From a bacterium (GTDB taxonomy: Bacteria > UBA8248 > JACPRG01 > G963555815), in contig OZ244653.1 in the NCBI GenBank assembly GCA_965218795.1, positions 4,320,001-4,384,000 on the forward strand: DNA of 64,000 bases, given 5' to 3'. This document shows positions 49,047 to 58,841 of this stretch, piece after piece. The position numbers and the translations under genes are program-made. Position 1 is the stretch's first letter. Each line of letters begins with the position of its first letter. Below the pieces are notes generated by a model that did not search any database, had not been told where the DNA came from, and saw only the letters and a list, made by a program, of their open reading frames with translations.

Positions 49047-49113
49047 AGCCGTGATGGGCATCGCGCAGTCGATTTCCTGGAAATGATACGCTTGACCGGC
49101 CAGGACTTTTTTC

Positions 49114-49362
49114 TGGATTCCCGCTTCCGCGGGAATGACGGGCTGTTGTGCGGGGGCCTCGTTTGTCATTCCCGCCCCCCGATTAAAGCCTTCGAGGGCA
49201 GGCTGCAGCGGGAATCCACTCCCTAACTGAAACACTCGGGGACAAGCCCCCGACTAAAGCCTTCGGGGACAGGCGAGATCCGGTCGCCCCTGCGTGCCTC
49301 TGGGCAGGGGTCCACATCCCCCTCCCTCTGCATCCACCGGGGGGCAGGCCAGCGGGAATCCA
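49114..49362. repeat. Cluster of nested palindromic REP/dRS3-like repeats
   Basis: Exact 26-mer at 49114-49139; inverted copy at 49165-49218 with a second repeat type inserted in its loop; further partial copies at ~49247-49274 and 49351-49362. Confidence 0.85.
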
Positions 49363-49504
49363 TCACGACGGAGAAATCGACTTGCGCGGCGCCTGACAGT
49401 CTCGGGGCGAGGTACGGGTCCACGGGAATTCCCAGAGAATGATACCCCTGGCTGGTCAAGCGCCTCCTTCCCTTTCCATATGATATGCGGGCCGGTCCCC
49501 AAAT

Positions 49505-50794
49505 TCAGCCCCATCCCTGTTCCGGGATCTTTTCAAACCGGACGGGGTCCAAACGGTCGCCGCGTAGCACGCGCCGCTCGGTGCGGGCCTCGGCCGTCAC
49601 GACTCCTCCCTTGATAACGTAAAGCCGATCGGGCTGAAGGCGGAAGGCGTTCCATACTGAAGTCGTGTCCAGGATCACCAGATCGGCCCGTTTCCCCGTT
49701 TCCAGACCCCAGTCCTCCATGCTCATGGCGCGGGCCGCGTTGACGGAGATCATGTCGTACACGGTCTCGTGCTGATCCGGCAGGGTCAGGTGGGCCGCGT
49801 GCGCCATGAACAACCCCACCTCAAGCTGATCCATCTTCCCGAAATTGTAGTAGGGGTCCATCACGTCGTCCTGGGCGCAGCAGACCGGTACATCCTGGGC
49901 CAGCAACTCCTGCACGCGGGTCAGCCCGCGCGGCTTGGGCTGAGGGTCGAGCCGGCCGCGGCCGCTGAGGCTGACGTGGGGATTGGAGCAGATGTGGATC
50001 CCCGCCTCCTTGATCATCCGGATGACCCGGTTGGCGTGGACATCGTCGTACACGCAGAGAGCCTCCACGTGCCCTGCGGTCACCCGGTTCGGGAACCCTT
50101 CGGTGATCATCTTGTCGGCCAGGAACTCGATGCTTCGGGACGTACGATCGTTATTGTTGTCAATGAGCATATGGATGTCGCGGTCGAAATGACGGGCGAT
50201 CTCGAAGCAGATGTCGATGTGCTTGCGCATGGCCTCGTCGGACCACTCGAGCCAGGGGAGTCCGCCCACCACGTCCGCTCCCATCTCCATGGCCTTCCAC
50301 ATCAGATCCTCGGATCCGGGATCCTTGAGGATCGCTTCCTGGGGGAAGGCGCACACCTGAATGTCGATGACGGGCGCGTACTCCTTTTTGAGCTCGAGGC
50401 CGGCTTCCAGCGGGCGGAGCCCCCCGATGGTGTCCACGTCAACGAAATTTCGCAGGAGGGTGGTCCCGTTGGAGACGGCCATGTCCACGACCCGCCCGCC
50501 CCGATCCAGGAGGTCCTCCATCGTGTAGCGGGCCTTGTATTCCCAGGTCAGCGTCAAGGCGTCGTCCCACAGCCCCGTCCGGTTCCGGGACGGATTTTCT
50601 CCCAGCAGGGCCTTGTCCAGATGGATGTGCGGATTGGCGTAGGCCGCCGTCACCAGCCGTCCGCCGGCGTCAATCTCGCGATCGGCAGGGCCGGCCACGG
50701 TCTCGGCGATGGCGGCGATCCGGCCGTCACGGATACCGATGTCCCTCAGACCGTCCTGCTTTCGAGTTCCGGCGTTTCGAATGATCAAGTCCAT
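49505..50794 (-). CDS. Cytosine/creatinine deaminase-like amidohydrolase
   Basis: NPHIHLDKA, AFPQE, VVGGLP, TAGH, QDDVMDPYY; CodA fold with an altered beta-5 motif. Confidence 0.88.
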   Translation of the reverse strand: MDLIIRNAGTRKQDGLRDIGIRDGRIAAIAETVAGPADREIDAGGRLVTAAYANPHIHLDKALLGENPSRNRTGLWDDALTLTWEYKARYTMEDLLDRGGRVVDMAVSNGTTLLRNFVDVDTIGGLRPLEAGLELKKEYAPVIDIQVCAFPQEAILKDPGSEDLMWKAMEMGADVVGGLPWLEWSDEAMRKHIDICFEIARHFDRDIHMLIDNNNDRTSRSIEFLADKMITEGFPNRVTAGHVEALCVYDDVHANRVIRMIKEAGIHICSNPHVSLSGRGRLDPQPKPRGLTRVQELLAQDVPVCCAQDDVMDPYYNFGKMDQLEVGLFMAHAAHLTLPDQHETVYDMISVNAARAMSMEDWGLETGKRADLVILDTTSVWNAFRLQPDRLYVIKGGVVTAEARTERRVLRGDRLDPVRFEKIPEQGWG

Positions 50795-50909
50795 TGAATT
50801 GTCCCGGCTGCGGCTGCGTCCTCCGGCATGACCGGCCCATGACGCGCCCGTTTCGTCCGAACCAGGATGCTCATTTCCCGCTCGGAACGGATTCAAACTA
50901 AAAGGGAAG

Positions 50910-52349
50910 TTACGGCTTGCCCCCCTCGATCTCGTCGATTATCGGTATCGCCGTCACCGCGATTTCAGTGAACTTCTCAACGAAGTGCTCCGTGATCTCG
51001 CCGTCTTTCGCTTCGCACTCCTGATGCAAATTCCAGAGGCGTGAATCCCAATCCCTTTTGTCCTCATCCACCCAATCACACCGTGGCCACCAGGGGGTAC
51101 TTCTGCCAAGATCGAGCTTGTCCTTGAGCTTTTCATCAAGACGCTCTCGCCGTTCCTGCTCTTCTTCCGTCATGGTGCTTTTGGGCATTGGAGAGCATAC
51201 GCCGACAATCCAGCCATTCGGACCTTGCTCCTGTGCCTGCGCGCCAATACCAGTCCGCCTGTCTGAATCGGATTGTTCTGCTGTTTCGTATTGAGCCCAA
51301 CATTCCCGATACAGCCAGACGGCGCATGAGTACTTGGACTCACCGTCATACTCGTAGTCGACGTGCATGTCGTGGGCGAATTTCTTGAGCTTCTCCGCCG
51401 TCTTGAGCCGGGAACACAGTTGTTCCAGAAACCTTTCACACACGTACTTCCTGACAGCAGGCCAAGATTCATGCACCACCTTCGCGGTTTTCAGATTCTC
51501 CGGATTGAACGGCTCCGACAACAAGAAGGCCAGGAGCTCCTTGGTTTCGCTATCGGTGGTCATGGCTTGGCCTCCAAATCTCCGTTGGCAGAATGTCTCG
51601 GCGTCGCGCAGGAACCAGCGCAGTCGGTCCACTTCGCAGTTCTTCCGGCACTCTCCGAGCCACTCGGCGAGCGAATACGGAATGCGAAAGTCTTCGAATG
51701 CGTCCGCTTGCTCCTCTTGACCCCGATGGTACGGCATGATTGCAAAGCGGCCTTTCCACTTCTCGTCAAGTTCCGTCTTGGGAATGCTCCATTCTGACGG
51801 ACCTTCGCCGGTGGGAGAGAGGTAGATCAGAAGGAACCGGTCGCCGTATTCCCCTCTAAGGTAGTCGAGGTAGTCCTTGACCTGATTCTCCAGGTCGCCG
51901 GCGTAAGGCTTGTTCTCGATGGCCAGGCAGTGGGTTTCTCCATCGTTGCCGACGATCTCAACGGAGACGTCAATACGCCGGTCGTCTGTGATCACCCGCT
52001 CGCCGCGAACGGTAATCCGGATCATGTCGAGGGCACCGCCAGTGTCGAATCTGTTCAAGCTTTCCAATCTCTCCAGGAACATCTGGAGGAACAGCGTCCC
52101 CTGACCATGACTTGCCTCGGGATCGAGCAGATCGGCGATGATCCGGGAAAGCCCCAATTCATCATCCCGCAGGTAGTCGAGGACGTTGAATCGGTGCGCC
52201 AGCTTTCGGTCGAGCTCGCGTTCCAGGGCTCTCGCCATCTCCAATCGGGGGGCCAACCCGTCGAAGAACCGTTGGTACTCCATGCGGTTGGTCTCTCTCA
52301 CTTTGTTCAGCCGCGCGGCCAGATCGGCGAAGAAGCGCTCTAGTTCCAT
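50910..52349 (-). CDS. PD-(D/E)XK nuclease superfamily protein (PDDEXK_4-like)
   Basis: ELGLSRIIADLLDP..HGQG..FL, RRIDV, LAIENK, QVKDY, IYLSP. Confidence 0.85.
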   Translation of the reverse strand: MELERFFADLAARLNKVRETNRMEYQRFFDGLAPRLEMARALERELDRKLAHRFNVLDYLRDDELGLSRIIADLLDPEASHGQGTLFLQMFLERLESLNRFDTGGALDMIRITVRGERVITDDRRIDVSVEIVGNDGETHCLAIENKPYAGDLENQVKDYLDYLRGEYGDRFLLIYLSPTGEGPSEWSIPKTELDEKWKGRFAIMPYHRGQEEQADAFEDFRIPYSLAEWLGECRKNCEVDRLRWFLRDAETFCQRRFGGQAMTTDSETKELLAFLLSEPFNPENLKTAKVVHESWPAVRKYVCERFLEQLCSRLKTAEKLKKFAHDMHVDYEYDGESKYSCAVWLYRECWAQYETAEQSDSDRRTGIGAQAQEQGPNGWIVGVCSPMPKSTMTEEEQERRERLDEKLKDKLDLGRSTPWWPRCDWVDEDKRDWDSRLWNLHQECEAKDGEITEHFVEKFTEIAVTAIPIIDEIEGGKP

Positions 52350-52672
52350 AGTGTCGAGTATACCAGCGCGGGCGCGCGAGCGCCCTGTCTCTATATCGTG
52401 GGATCGGCGCATCCTTTATACAGCGGCAGGGTAGTACCTCTCGTCATCATCGTGCCTCTGGGTTTGTCCGGCCCGGCGCGCCACGCGCCAGATACTTCCA
52501 TGCCCGCCACCCCACAATCGCACTTGCATGGGTTGATCTGAGCAATCATGGAATACGGTGTCGGCCTCACGCGCGAGGAAGGCGAGACCGCGGGAGACCC
52601 GCACCCTGACCGGCAAGCTTGCCGACGCGGGACACCTTCGGCCTGAGCGCCGCGCCCTGTCACTGTAGCGGA

Positions 52673-53854
52673 TCAAAATGATTTGCAAACGGCCCGGAAA
52701 CGGGCGTGCATGGACTCTTTCTGATGAGCACCGATTCGGCTTGTCTGGATTCCTGCTGACTGGAGTTGACCCGTTTCAGTGGACAGTTTATGGCTGTCGT
52801 CCCCAGCCCTGAGGTGGGCGACAGCCGGTGGACGTAAAGTCTTCTCCCTATCCGATAGATAGGGTGCCCCCGGGGGGTATGTCTTGACCTTTGGCTCGCC
52901 GCTCTGGGAAGCGCCGGGGACGGCTCGAGCCGGACGATGAGCGTTGCGCACTGCACGTGGCGTTTCCTTCGCCGCGGCGCGTTCGAAGTCGTTGGGGCTG
53001 AGGTAACCCAGGGCCGAATGACGACGGCGTGGGTTGTACCAGCCTTCGATGAATTGGAAGATCGCCATGCGCGCTTCGGCCTGGGTACGGAACGAGCGCC
53101 GGTCGATGAGCTCGCACTCCAGCGTGGCAAAGAAGCTCTCGGCCATGGCGTTGTCGAAGCAATCCCCGGCCGACCCGGTCGAGGGAACCACCCCCATCTG
53201 GCGGCACCGCTTGCCGAAGGCGAGCGAAGTGTACTGCGATCCCCTGTCGGAGTGATGCACGACCCCGTCGGGGCGGCGCTGTCCCAACGCCATGTTCAGC
53301 GCCCCGAGCACCAGTTCGGTGCGAAGATGGTGGGTCATGGACCAGCCCACCGCCCGGCGGCTGAACACGTCGAGCACGATGGCCAGGTACACGAACCCCG
53401 TCCAGGTCGGCACGTAGGTCACGTCGGCCACCCAAAGCCGATCCGGCCCATCGGCCTGGAACTGGCGTTCGACCCGGTCCGGGACCACACAATGGCTCTG
53501 GTCCACGCGCGTAGTGCGCATACCTCGGCGTCGGCTCACCCCGGCCAACCCTGCCTCGCGCATCAGACGAGCCACCCGTTTGCGGCTCACCCGGCAGCCG
53601 CCGGCCATCAGCTCGGCATGGACCCGAGGCGCCCCGTAGGTGCCACCAGATGCCTCGTGGATGGCCCGTATCGTGCCCCCCAACACCTCGTCGCGCTTCG
53701 CACGAGGAGAACGCCCACGGCCTCGCCACGCGTAGTACCCGCTGGGGGAGACGCCCAGCACCCGGCACATCGTGGCCACCCGATGATGGGCCTGATTCGC
53801 CTTCACGAGCTCGAGGACTTCGCCCGGACCGAGCCGGTCTCCCGAGCGAACCAA
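52673..53854 (-). CDS. IS3 transposase OrfB (rve DDE); frame reads through the IR
   Basis: YGAPRV, WVADVTY, HHSDRGSQY, DNAMAESFF, YNPRRRHSALGY. Confidence 0.92.
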   Translation of the reverse strand: MVRSGDRLGPGEVLELVKANQAHHRVATMCRVLGVSPSGYYAWRGRGRSPRAKRDEVLGGTIRAIHEASGGTYGAPRVHAELMAGGCRVSRKRVARLMREAGLAGVSRRRGMRTTRVDQSHCVVPDRVERQFQADGPDRLWVADVTYVPTWTGFVYLAIVLDVFSRRAVGWSMTHHLRTELVLGALNMALGQRRPDGVVHHSDRGSQYTSLAFGKRCRQMGVVPSTGSAGDCFDNAMAESFFATLECELIDRRSFRTQAEARMAIFQFIEGWYNPRRRHSALGYLSPNDFERAAAKETPRAVRNAHRPARAVPGASQSGEPKVKTYPPGAPYLSDREKTLRPPAVAHLRAGDDSHKLSTETGQLQSAGIQTSRIGAHQKESMHARFRAVCKSF

Positions 53855-54171
53855 GCCGTAGCTTTTGCCAGTATCTCGCGTTCTTCGCGAAGCTGACGAA
53901 CCTCTCGACGAAGCCGTCGCAGCTCCTCAAGCTCGGCGCTTGTCAGACCATCCTCACGACGGCCTTCGTCCCGGTCGGCCTGACGCACCCAGTTGCGAAT
54001 CGCCGAAGCGGAACACTCGAACTCCCGGGCCAGCTCCCCGGGCGTACGGCCCGAGCGAACCAGCTCGACCATCTGGCGCCGGTACTCCGGCGCGTAGGGT
54101 GAATGAGTTTTCGCCATCGGAACACCTCCTCCGCACAGTCTGAAGGTGTCCACTGAAACAGGTCAACTCCA
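52761..54171 (-). mobile_element. IS3-family insertion sequence (orfA/orfB, probable -1 frameshift)
   Basis: Terminal IRs TGGAGTTGACC(C/T)GTTTCAGTGGACA at both ends; overlapping orfA and orfB; no obvious target duplication. Confidence 0.94.
53803..54117 (-). CDS. IS3 transposase OrfA (HTH)
   Basis: YAPEYRRQMVELVRSG...IRNWVRQ...EEREILAKA. Confidence 0.92.
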   Translation of the reverse strand: MAKTHSPYAPEYRRQMVELVRSGRTPGELAREFECSASAIRNWVRQADRDEGRREDGLTSAELEELRRLRREVRQLREEREILAKATAWFARETGSVRAKSSSS

Positions 54172-54923
54172 ACGATCTGGTGGACGCCGTTGCGGTCCGC
54201 CCACTTGGCCGCGATGCGCTCGACGCCGGGGCCGCCGCCGTGGACCAGGACCACATCGTCGTACTTCGCCCTGAGCTTCTCCAGATGCCGGATGACCGTA
54301 CCGGCGTCGCCGGCCTGCCTGCCGCCTGCCACCGCGACGAGCGTTCCCTGGGGCAGGAGGGCCTTGTTCTCGCGGTCCCTGCGGGCACGCTGGAAGTCGC
54401 GGGCATCGATCATGGCCGAAGTGAGCTTGCCGGTCTGGCTGGTGTGGGACCCGCGCCGGGGCCGCCAGAGGTCTCCGGTCTCGACCCGGTAGGCCTCGGC
54501 CGCGGTGTCTCTGAGCTGCTCGAAGGCGTCCCGCCGGTCCGTGAGGTTCTTGGTTCGGTCGGTGACGAGTTCGAGCTCTCGGGACCTGAACTCCGAGCCG
54601 TCCTGCTCGCGCTGGAGGTCGCGCATCTCGGGGAGGAGCCTGTCGGCCGCGCGGTCGAGGCGCTGGGTCTGGGCGTCGAGCATGTTGACGAATCCCCAGA
54701 GCAGGCTCTCGCGTTCGTCGGCGAGTTGCGTTCCGTCGGGCGCGACGCCCTGTGCGAGGATGCGGAAGGCTTCCGTGACGGCGGAGAGGGCGTTCTCCGG
54801 GTCCCAGAGCTCCCGGTTGTCGAATTCGTCTTGCTCCGGAGTTGCGCCGAAGAGAGCCGCCCGGTCGCAGACGGTGGCGGTGACGGACTGCGCTTGCGCT
54901 TGGATGTTGTCGATATCGTTCAT
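54172..54923 (-). pseudogene. DUF2493 (SLOG/YspA-like) ICE/plasmid protein, 3'-truncated by IS3
   Basis: TGDLWRPRRGS, TSAMIDARDF, VAVAGG, VLVHGGGPGVERIAAKWA; the frame runs into the IS3 IR. Confidence 0.78.
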
Positions 54924-55429
54924 GATGCTCTCCTTATGGATTGAGTGTAGAGAACCGTTACGGTTCGTTGTGCGGAGAGAGTCTCCGAACGTGATGGTTG
55001 AGTGGCCCACGCGCGCGCAGCAAAGCCACCGTGGCCGCAAGGCCTGGCGCGGCGAGGGGCGCGAGTGGTGCGGGCGCACAAGCGACCGCAGGGAGCGCGG
55101 AGCCTCGGTCGCGTTTCTTGGCGCGCCTAGGCGCTTTTGCGCCGTAGCCTTGCGAGCCAAGGCCGGAACGGAGCGGAGCGGAGAGTAGGACCCCTTGGGG
55201 GTTGGCGCAGCGAGCACGTGTGGGACAATGGGCCATCACGTCGAGAGGGATATTGTTAGCGATTGGCACGGACGCCCTGGGCGGTTCCGGGATTGAGACC
55301 CGGGTCTCGGGCGCCGGCCCGGCAAGCGGAGCGCGCAGCGAGCGCCAGCGAGCGGAGGCGATAGGGATAGAAGCGAAAATCGGAGCGGAGCGGAGATTGC
55401 AGCGGAGAGCCCGGCCCGAAGGGATCGCC

Positions 55430-55632
55430 CGAAGACGGCATGGCCCGTCACCACAACGGATGCGCGAACGCTGGCGCCCCCGGACCGCGAAAATCCTCGT
55501 CGAGATGGATGACGTAATACTGGGATCCGGGCGGAGGCAGTCCGCCAGACGGTAGACCTCGCCGACGGGATCGACATCGTGGTAGATCCTCGACGCATAC
55601 GGGGTGATGCACTTGAAAGTGACGGATTGCAT
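55430..55632 (-). pseudogene. Small frameshifted ORF in the ICE backbone
   Basis: AAGGAG RBS; MQSVTFKCITPYASRIY...VGEVYR continues in another frame as YYVIHLDEDFRGP. Confidence 0.45.
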
Positions 55633-55709
55633 GGTGCGGTTCTCCTTGCGTGTTGTCGATGCCCGGGGCCCTCTCTCTCCCTCCTCGCGGCGTTCGCCCC
55701 TCTCCCGCT

Positions 55710-55930
55710 TCACGCTCCCCTCCGTTCCGCCAGAACGGAGGCCGCCCATGCCGCGGCGCGGGCGAGGACCTGCCCATGGCAGGGCAGCGGCGCGCACCGG
55801 CAGGCCAGCGGCTTGCCGTGAAGGGCGGCGAGTTCGTCGAGCCCGACCTCGGCGGCGCGAATGCGGCGCCAGAGATCGGCGCGATAGCGCGCGATCACTT
55901 CATCGCGCGGTCCGTCCGGGCCGATGCGGC
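55710..55930 (-). pseudogene. DUF4326 C-terminal fragment
   Basis: RIGPDGPRDEVIARYR...LHGKPLACRCAPLPCHGQVL; N-terminus missing and joined to the end of the toprim gene. Confidence 0.72.
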
Positions 55931-56916
55931 GTACGGAACAGGGCGGCGAGCCGAAGGGCCAGGGCCCGGGGTCCGAGGGCGACCAGATCGTCGTTGAAGT
56001 CGCCGTATTCGGAGACGATGACGTGGGCGGCGACGCCCGCCCGCGCGCAGCGCCGGGCGAGGCGTTGGGCGGCCCGCTCTCCCTCGGAATCGTTGTCCCG
56101 GGCGATGACGAGGCGCGCGACGCCGCCAGGCGGAGCGAACGCGCCGAGGCTTCCGGCCGAGAGCGCGGCCGCCGAAATGACCCCGGGCGCCGCGGTGACG
56201 ATCGACAGAACGGTCTCGATGCCTTCGCCGACGAGCAGCGAAGCGCCGTCGGCGGGCCTGCCGAGGCGCACGGCGCGTCCGTGGATGCGGCCGAGCGCCT
56301 TGCGCGGGGCCGCGACGTCCGCCTTGGCGGGCAAGCGCGGATCGAGCCAGGTGCGCTGCACGCCGTGAAGCGCGCCGTCGGCGCCGGTCACGGCGGCGAC
56401 CAGCGCCGGAAAACGGCGCAGGGAAGAGCCTTCGCGATAGCGAAGCTCGGGATGGAAGCGCAATGCCGGGAACCGGCAGCGCGCGAGTCCGCGGGCGCGG
56501 AGATAGGCCTCCGCATGGGCGCCGTCGATGGCGCGGCAACGCCGCCAGAGGCGACGGGCCGCCCGGGTGGCGTCGTAGCTCTCGCCCGACGCCGGCGGAG
56601 CCGGCAGGGCGAGGAAGGCCCGGGCCTCGGCGAGCGCCGCGCGAAGCGTGGGCGCGCCCGAGCGATGCCGGACGAGATCGAGCAGGTCGCCGTGCTCTCC
56701 GGTGGCCGCGTCGGCCCACTTGCCCGGGACCCCGGGACCGTGCAGGCGGACGAAGAGCAAGCGGCCGCGAGCGCCTTGGAGATCGCCGGCGACCCAGTAC
56801 CGGCCCTGCTTGCGGCCCTGGGGCAGGTAACGCCGGCAGACGGCCTCGGCGCGCGCGCCGAGCGCGGCGGCGATGTCGGCGGCGGGAGATGCGGAACGGG
56901 ACGATGGGGGCGGCAT
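55900..56916 (-). CDS. Toprim-domain DNA primase-like protein of ICE/plasmid type
   Basis: GKWADAATGEHGDLLD, AEAYLRARG, VQRTWLD, VGEGIETVLS, IARDND, DFNDDL. Confidence 0.85.
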   Translation of the reverse strand: MPPPSSRSASPAADIAAALGARAEAVCRRYLPQGRKQGRYWVAGDLQGARGRLLFVRLHGPGVPGKWADAATGEHGDLLDLVRHRSGAPTLRAALAEARAFLALPAPPASGESYDATRAARRLWRRCRAIDGAHAEAYLRARGLARCRFPALRFHPELRYREGSSLRRFPALVAAVTGADGALHGVQRTWLDPRLPAKADVAAPRKALGRIHGRAVRLGRPADGASLLVGEGIETVLSIVTAAPGVISAAALSAGSLGAFAPPGGVARLVIARDNDSEGERAAQRLARRCARAGVAAHVIVSEYGDFNDDLVALGPRALALRLAALFRTPHRPGRTAR

Positions 56917-57109
56917 GACGGGCCTCCTCTGGATGGACGGGGAACGCCCGATACCGGCCGGCCTCCGCTCTCGCCGGCGCCGGAGGACGAAGCGCCGCGC
57001 GTAGCGCTGGCGCGATGCCCGAACGGGTACGGACTCGGAACGGGCAGCAAAAAGATGGGCCGACGCGCGAAGCGCCGGCCCAGGTGGAGAGAGGAAACGG
57101 AATGCGCGA

Positions 57110-57535
57110 TCAGAACGGGATGTCGTCGATGGGCGCTTCGGCGGACGGCGTCTCCGTCTCCGACACCGGCGCGCCGTTGCCGTTGGGCTTGTCGAGGAAC
57201 TGCACGCGCCCGCCCGGAACCAGCAGGATCTCGGTCGAGAACCGGTCGGAGTCCTCCTCGTCCTTCTTCCAGCGACGGGTCTGCAGCTTGCCCGCCACAT
57301 AGACCAGCCGGCCCTTCGTCGCGTGCTTTTCGAACATGTCCACCAGCCCGGGCTGGAACGTCACCACCCGGTGCCACTCGGTCTTGTCCACCCGCTCGCC
57401 GCTCTGCTTGTCGATGTAGCCCTCGTCGGTGGCGATGGACAGGTTGGCCACGCGTCCTCCGGTGGCGAGGTGGTTGACGGTGACGTCGGCTCCCAGGCGG
57501 CCGATCACTTCAGCGCGATTGAGTCCGAAGGCCAT
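57110..57535 (-). CDS. ssb: Single-stranded DNA-binding protein (mobile-element copy)
   Basis: LNRAEVIGRLGAD, TEWHRV, GKLQTRRW, DDIPF tail. Confidence 0.95.
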   Translation of the reverse strand: MAFGLNRAEVIGRLGADVTVNHLATGGRVANLSIATDEGYIDKQSGERVDKTEWHRVVTFQPGLVDMFEKHATKGRLVYVAGKLQTRRWKKDEEDSDRFSTEILLVPGGRVQFLDKPNGNGAPVSETETPSAEAPIDDIPF

Positions 57536-57615
57536 GATCATTTCTCCTTAGAGTTAAAGGTGTGGAAGACAACGGGTGATGGAAGAGCCTCTCTCTCCGG
57601 CCCCCCTGGTTCACC

Positions 57616-57741
57616 CTAGAAGAGCGCCTCTTCTTCTCCGGCTTCGATCCGGAACCTGCGGATGGTGCGGGCATCGAGTCCGATCTCTGCGAGCAGTTCG
57701 TCAGTGGTGGTGACATCGAGTTCGAGGTCTGGGTCGAGCAT
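57616..57741 (-). CDS. 41-aa acidic microprotein (not in the ORF track)
   Basis: AGGAG RBS; MLDPDLELDVTTTDELLAEIGLDARTIRRFRIEAGEEEALF*; directly upstream of ssb. Confidence 0.6.
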   Translation of the reverse strand: MLDPDLELDVTTTDELLAEIGLDARTIRRFRIEAGEEEALF

Positions 57742-57955
57742 GGGCTGGTCTCCTGTTCCGGGGTTGGCGCTTCCGGCATCGGAACCGGGAGACCGTCTCC
57801 CTCTTCCATGCCGGGCGTTCGCCCGGCCCTTGCTTCCCTCTGGCTCGATGGACGGAGACGGGAGACGGGACAGGCTCAGACCGCGTCTGGGCTTGAGTCC
57901 GGTCCGGGATTCGGGTCAGATGAGGCAGATGCTGTCTTGTTGAGAGGATCCCTAC

Positions 57956-58732
57956 ATGGAACGTGACGGCTTGATTCCAGTGGCGAAAGAGGCCTGGAAG
58001 GCGTTCGAGTGCGCGGCTCCGTCTTCCCGCGTCTCTCCCGCCATGCCGATCCTGTTCTTCGGCGATGTTGAGGCGTACTCCGCCTCGCCGTTTCGGGTGG
58101 TGACCGTAGGATTGAATCCGTCGCTGAAGGAATTCCCTGAGGATTCGCCGTTTAAGCGGTTTCCAAGATGCACCGGGATCACGGCAGCCGACAGCGAGCA
58201 ATACCTGCAAGGCCTGTGTTCCTACTTCCGCGTCCACCCCTATCGCAGATGGTTCCAGTCCTACGAGGCCGCGCTCGGAGGAGCGGAGGCCAGCTTCTAT
58301 CCGGGCAGGCCGTCAACCGCTCTGCATACGGACATTGCCTCGCCTGTCGCCACGAATCCGACATGGAGCCGGCTCGGAGAACGGGAGCGCAGTGCGCTGC
58401 AGGAGAAAGGCGGCGCCATATGGCGCCGATTGCTGGACATGTTGAAACCGCAAATCGTCCTGCTGAGCGTCGCGAGGGAGCACCGCGGGCGCATCGACTG
58501 CCATTACCCGGCATTGAACGACTGGCGGCCGATCCGGGAGTTCGGATACAAGGAGAGCGGGGAGCGGAGAAGACGCCCTTACCCGGTTGATGCGAGGTGG
58601 TACGAGATCATGGGCGATGCTTCGTTGTTCGTATCCGGCGTCCCCTCCCAGACGCCATTCGGATCACTGAGTGACAACCAGAAACGGCAAGTGGGAGAGC
58701 TGGCACGCCGAACATACTGCCAAGGCCGGTAG
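57956..58732 (+). CDS. Hypothetical protein, probable uracil-DNA-glycosylase-like fold
   Basis: PILFFGD...VVTVGLNPS resembles the UDG-superfamily GxNP motif; LLDMLKPQIVLL. Confidence 0.6.
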   Translation: MERDGLIPVAKEAWKAFECAAPSSRVSPAMPILFFGDVEAYSASPFRVVTVGLNPSLKEFPEDSPFKRFPRCTGITAADSEQYLQGLCSYFRVHPYRRWFQSYEAALGGAEASFYPGRPSTALHTDIASPVATNPTWSRLGERERSALQEKGGAIWRRLLDMLKPQIVLLSVAREHRGRIDCHYPALNDWRPIREFGYKESGERRRRPYPVDARWYEIMGDASLFVSGVPSQTPFGSLSDNQKRQVGELARRTYCQGR

Positions 58733-58841
58733 CGTCCGTCCGGCTTGCCACCCCCCGGCTGCGCGGCAAGGCGGCGATGCCCCCCGCTGGCGGACGGCGA
58801 GCCGGCAGTATGTACCCCCGGCGAGCCGGCACAGACCGCGT

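Noticed and set aside
53943-55217. 424-aa ORF as a single gene
   Set aside because: It is a composite of a non-coding leader, truncated DUF2493 and read-through into IS3.
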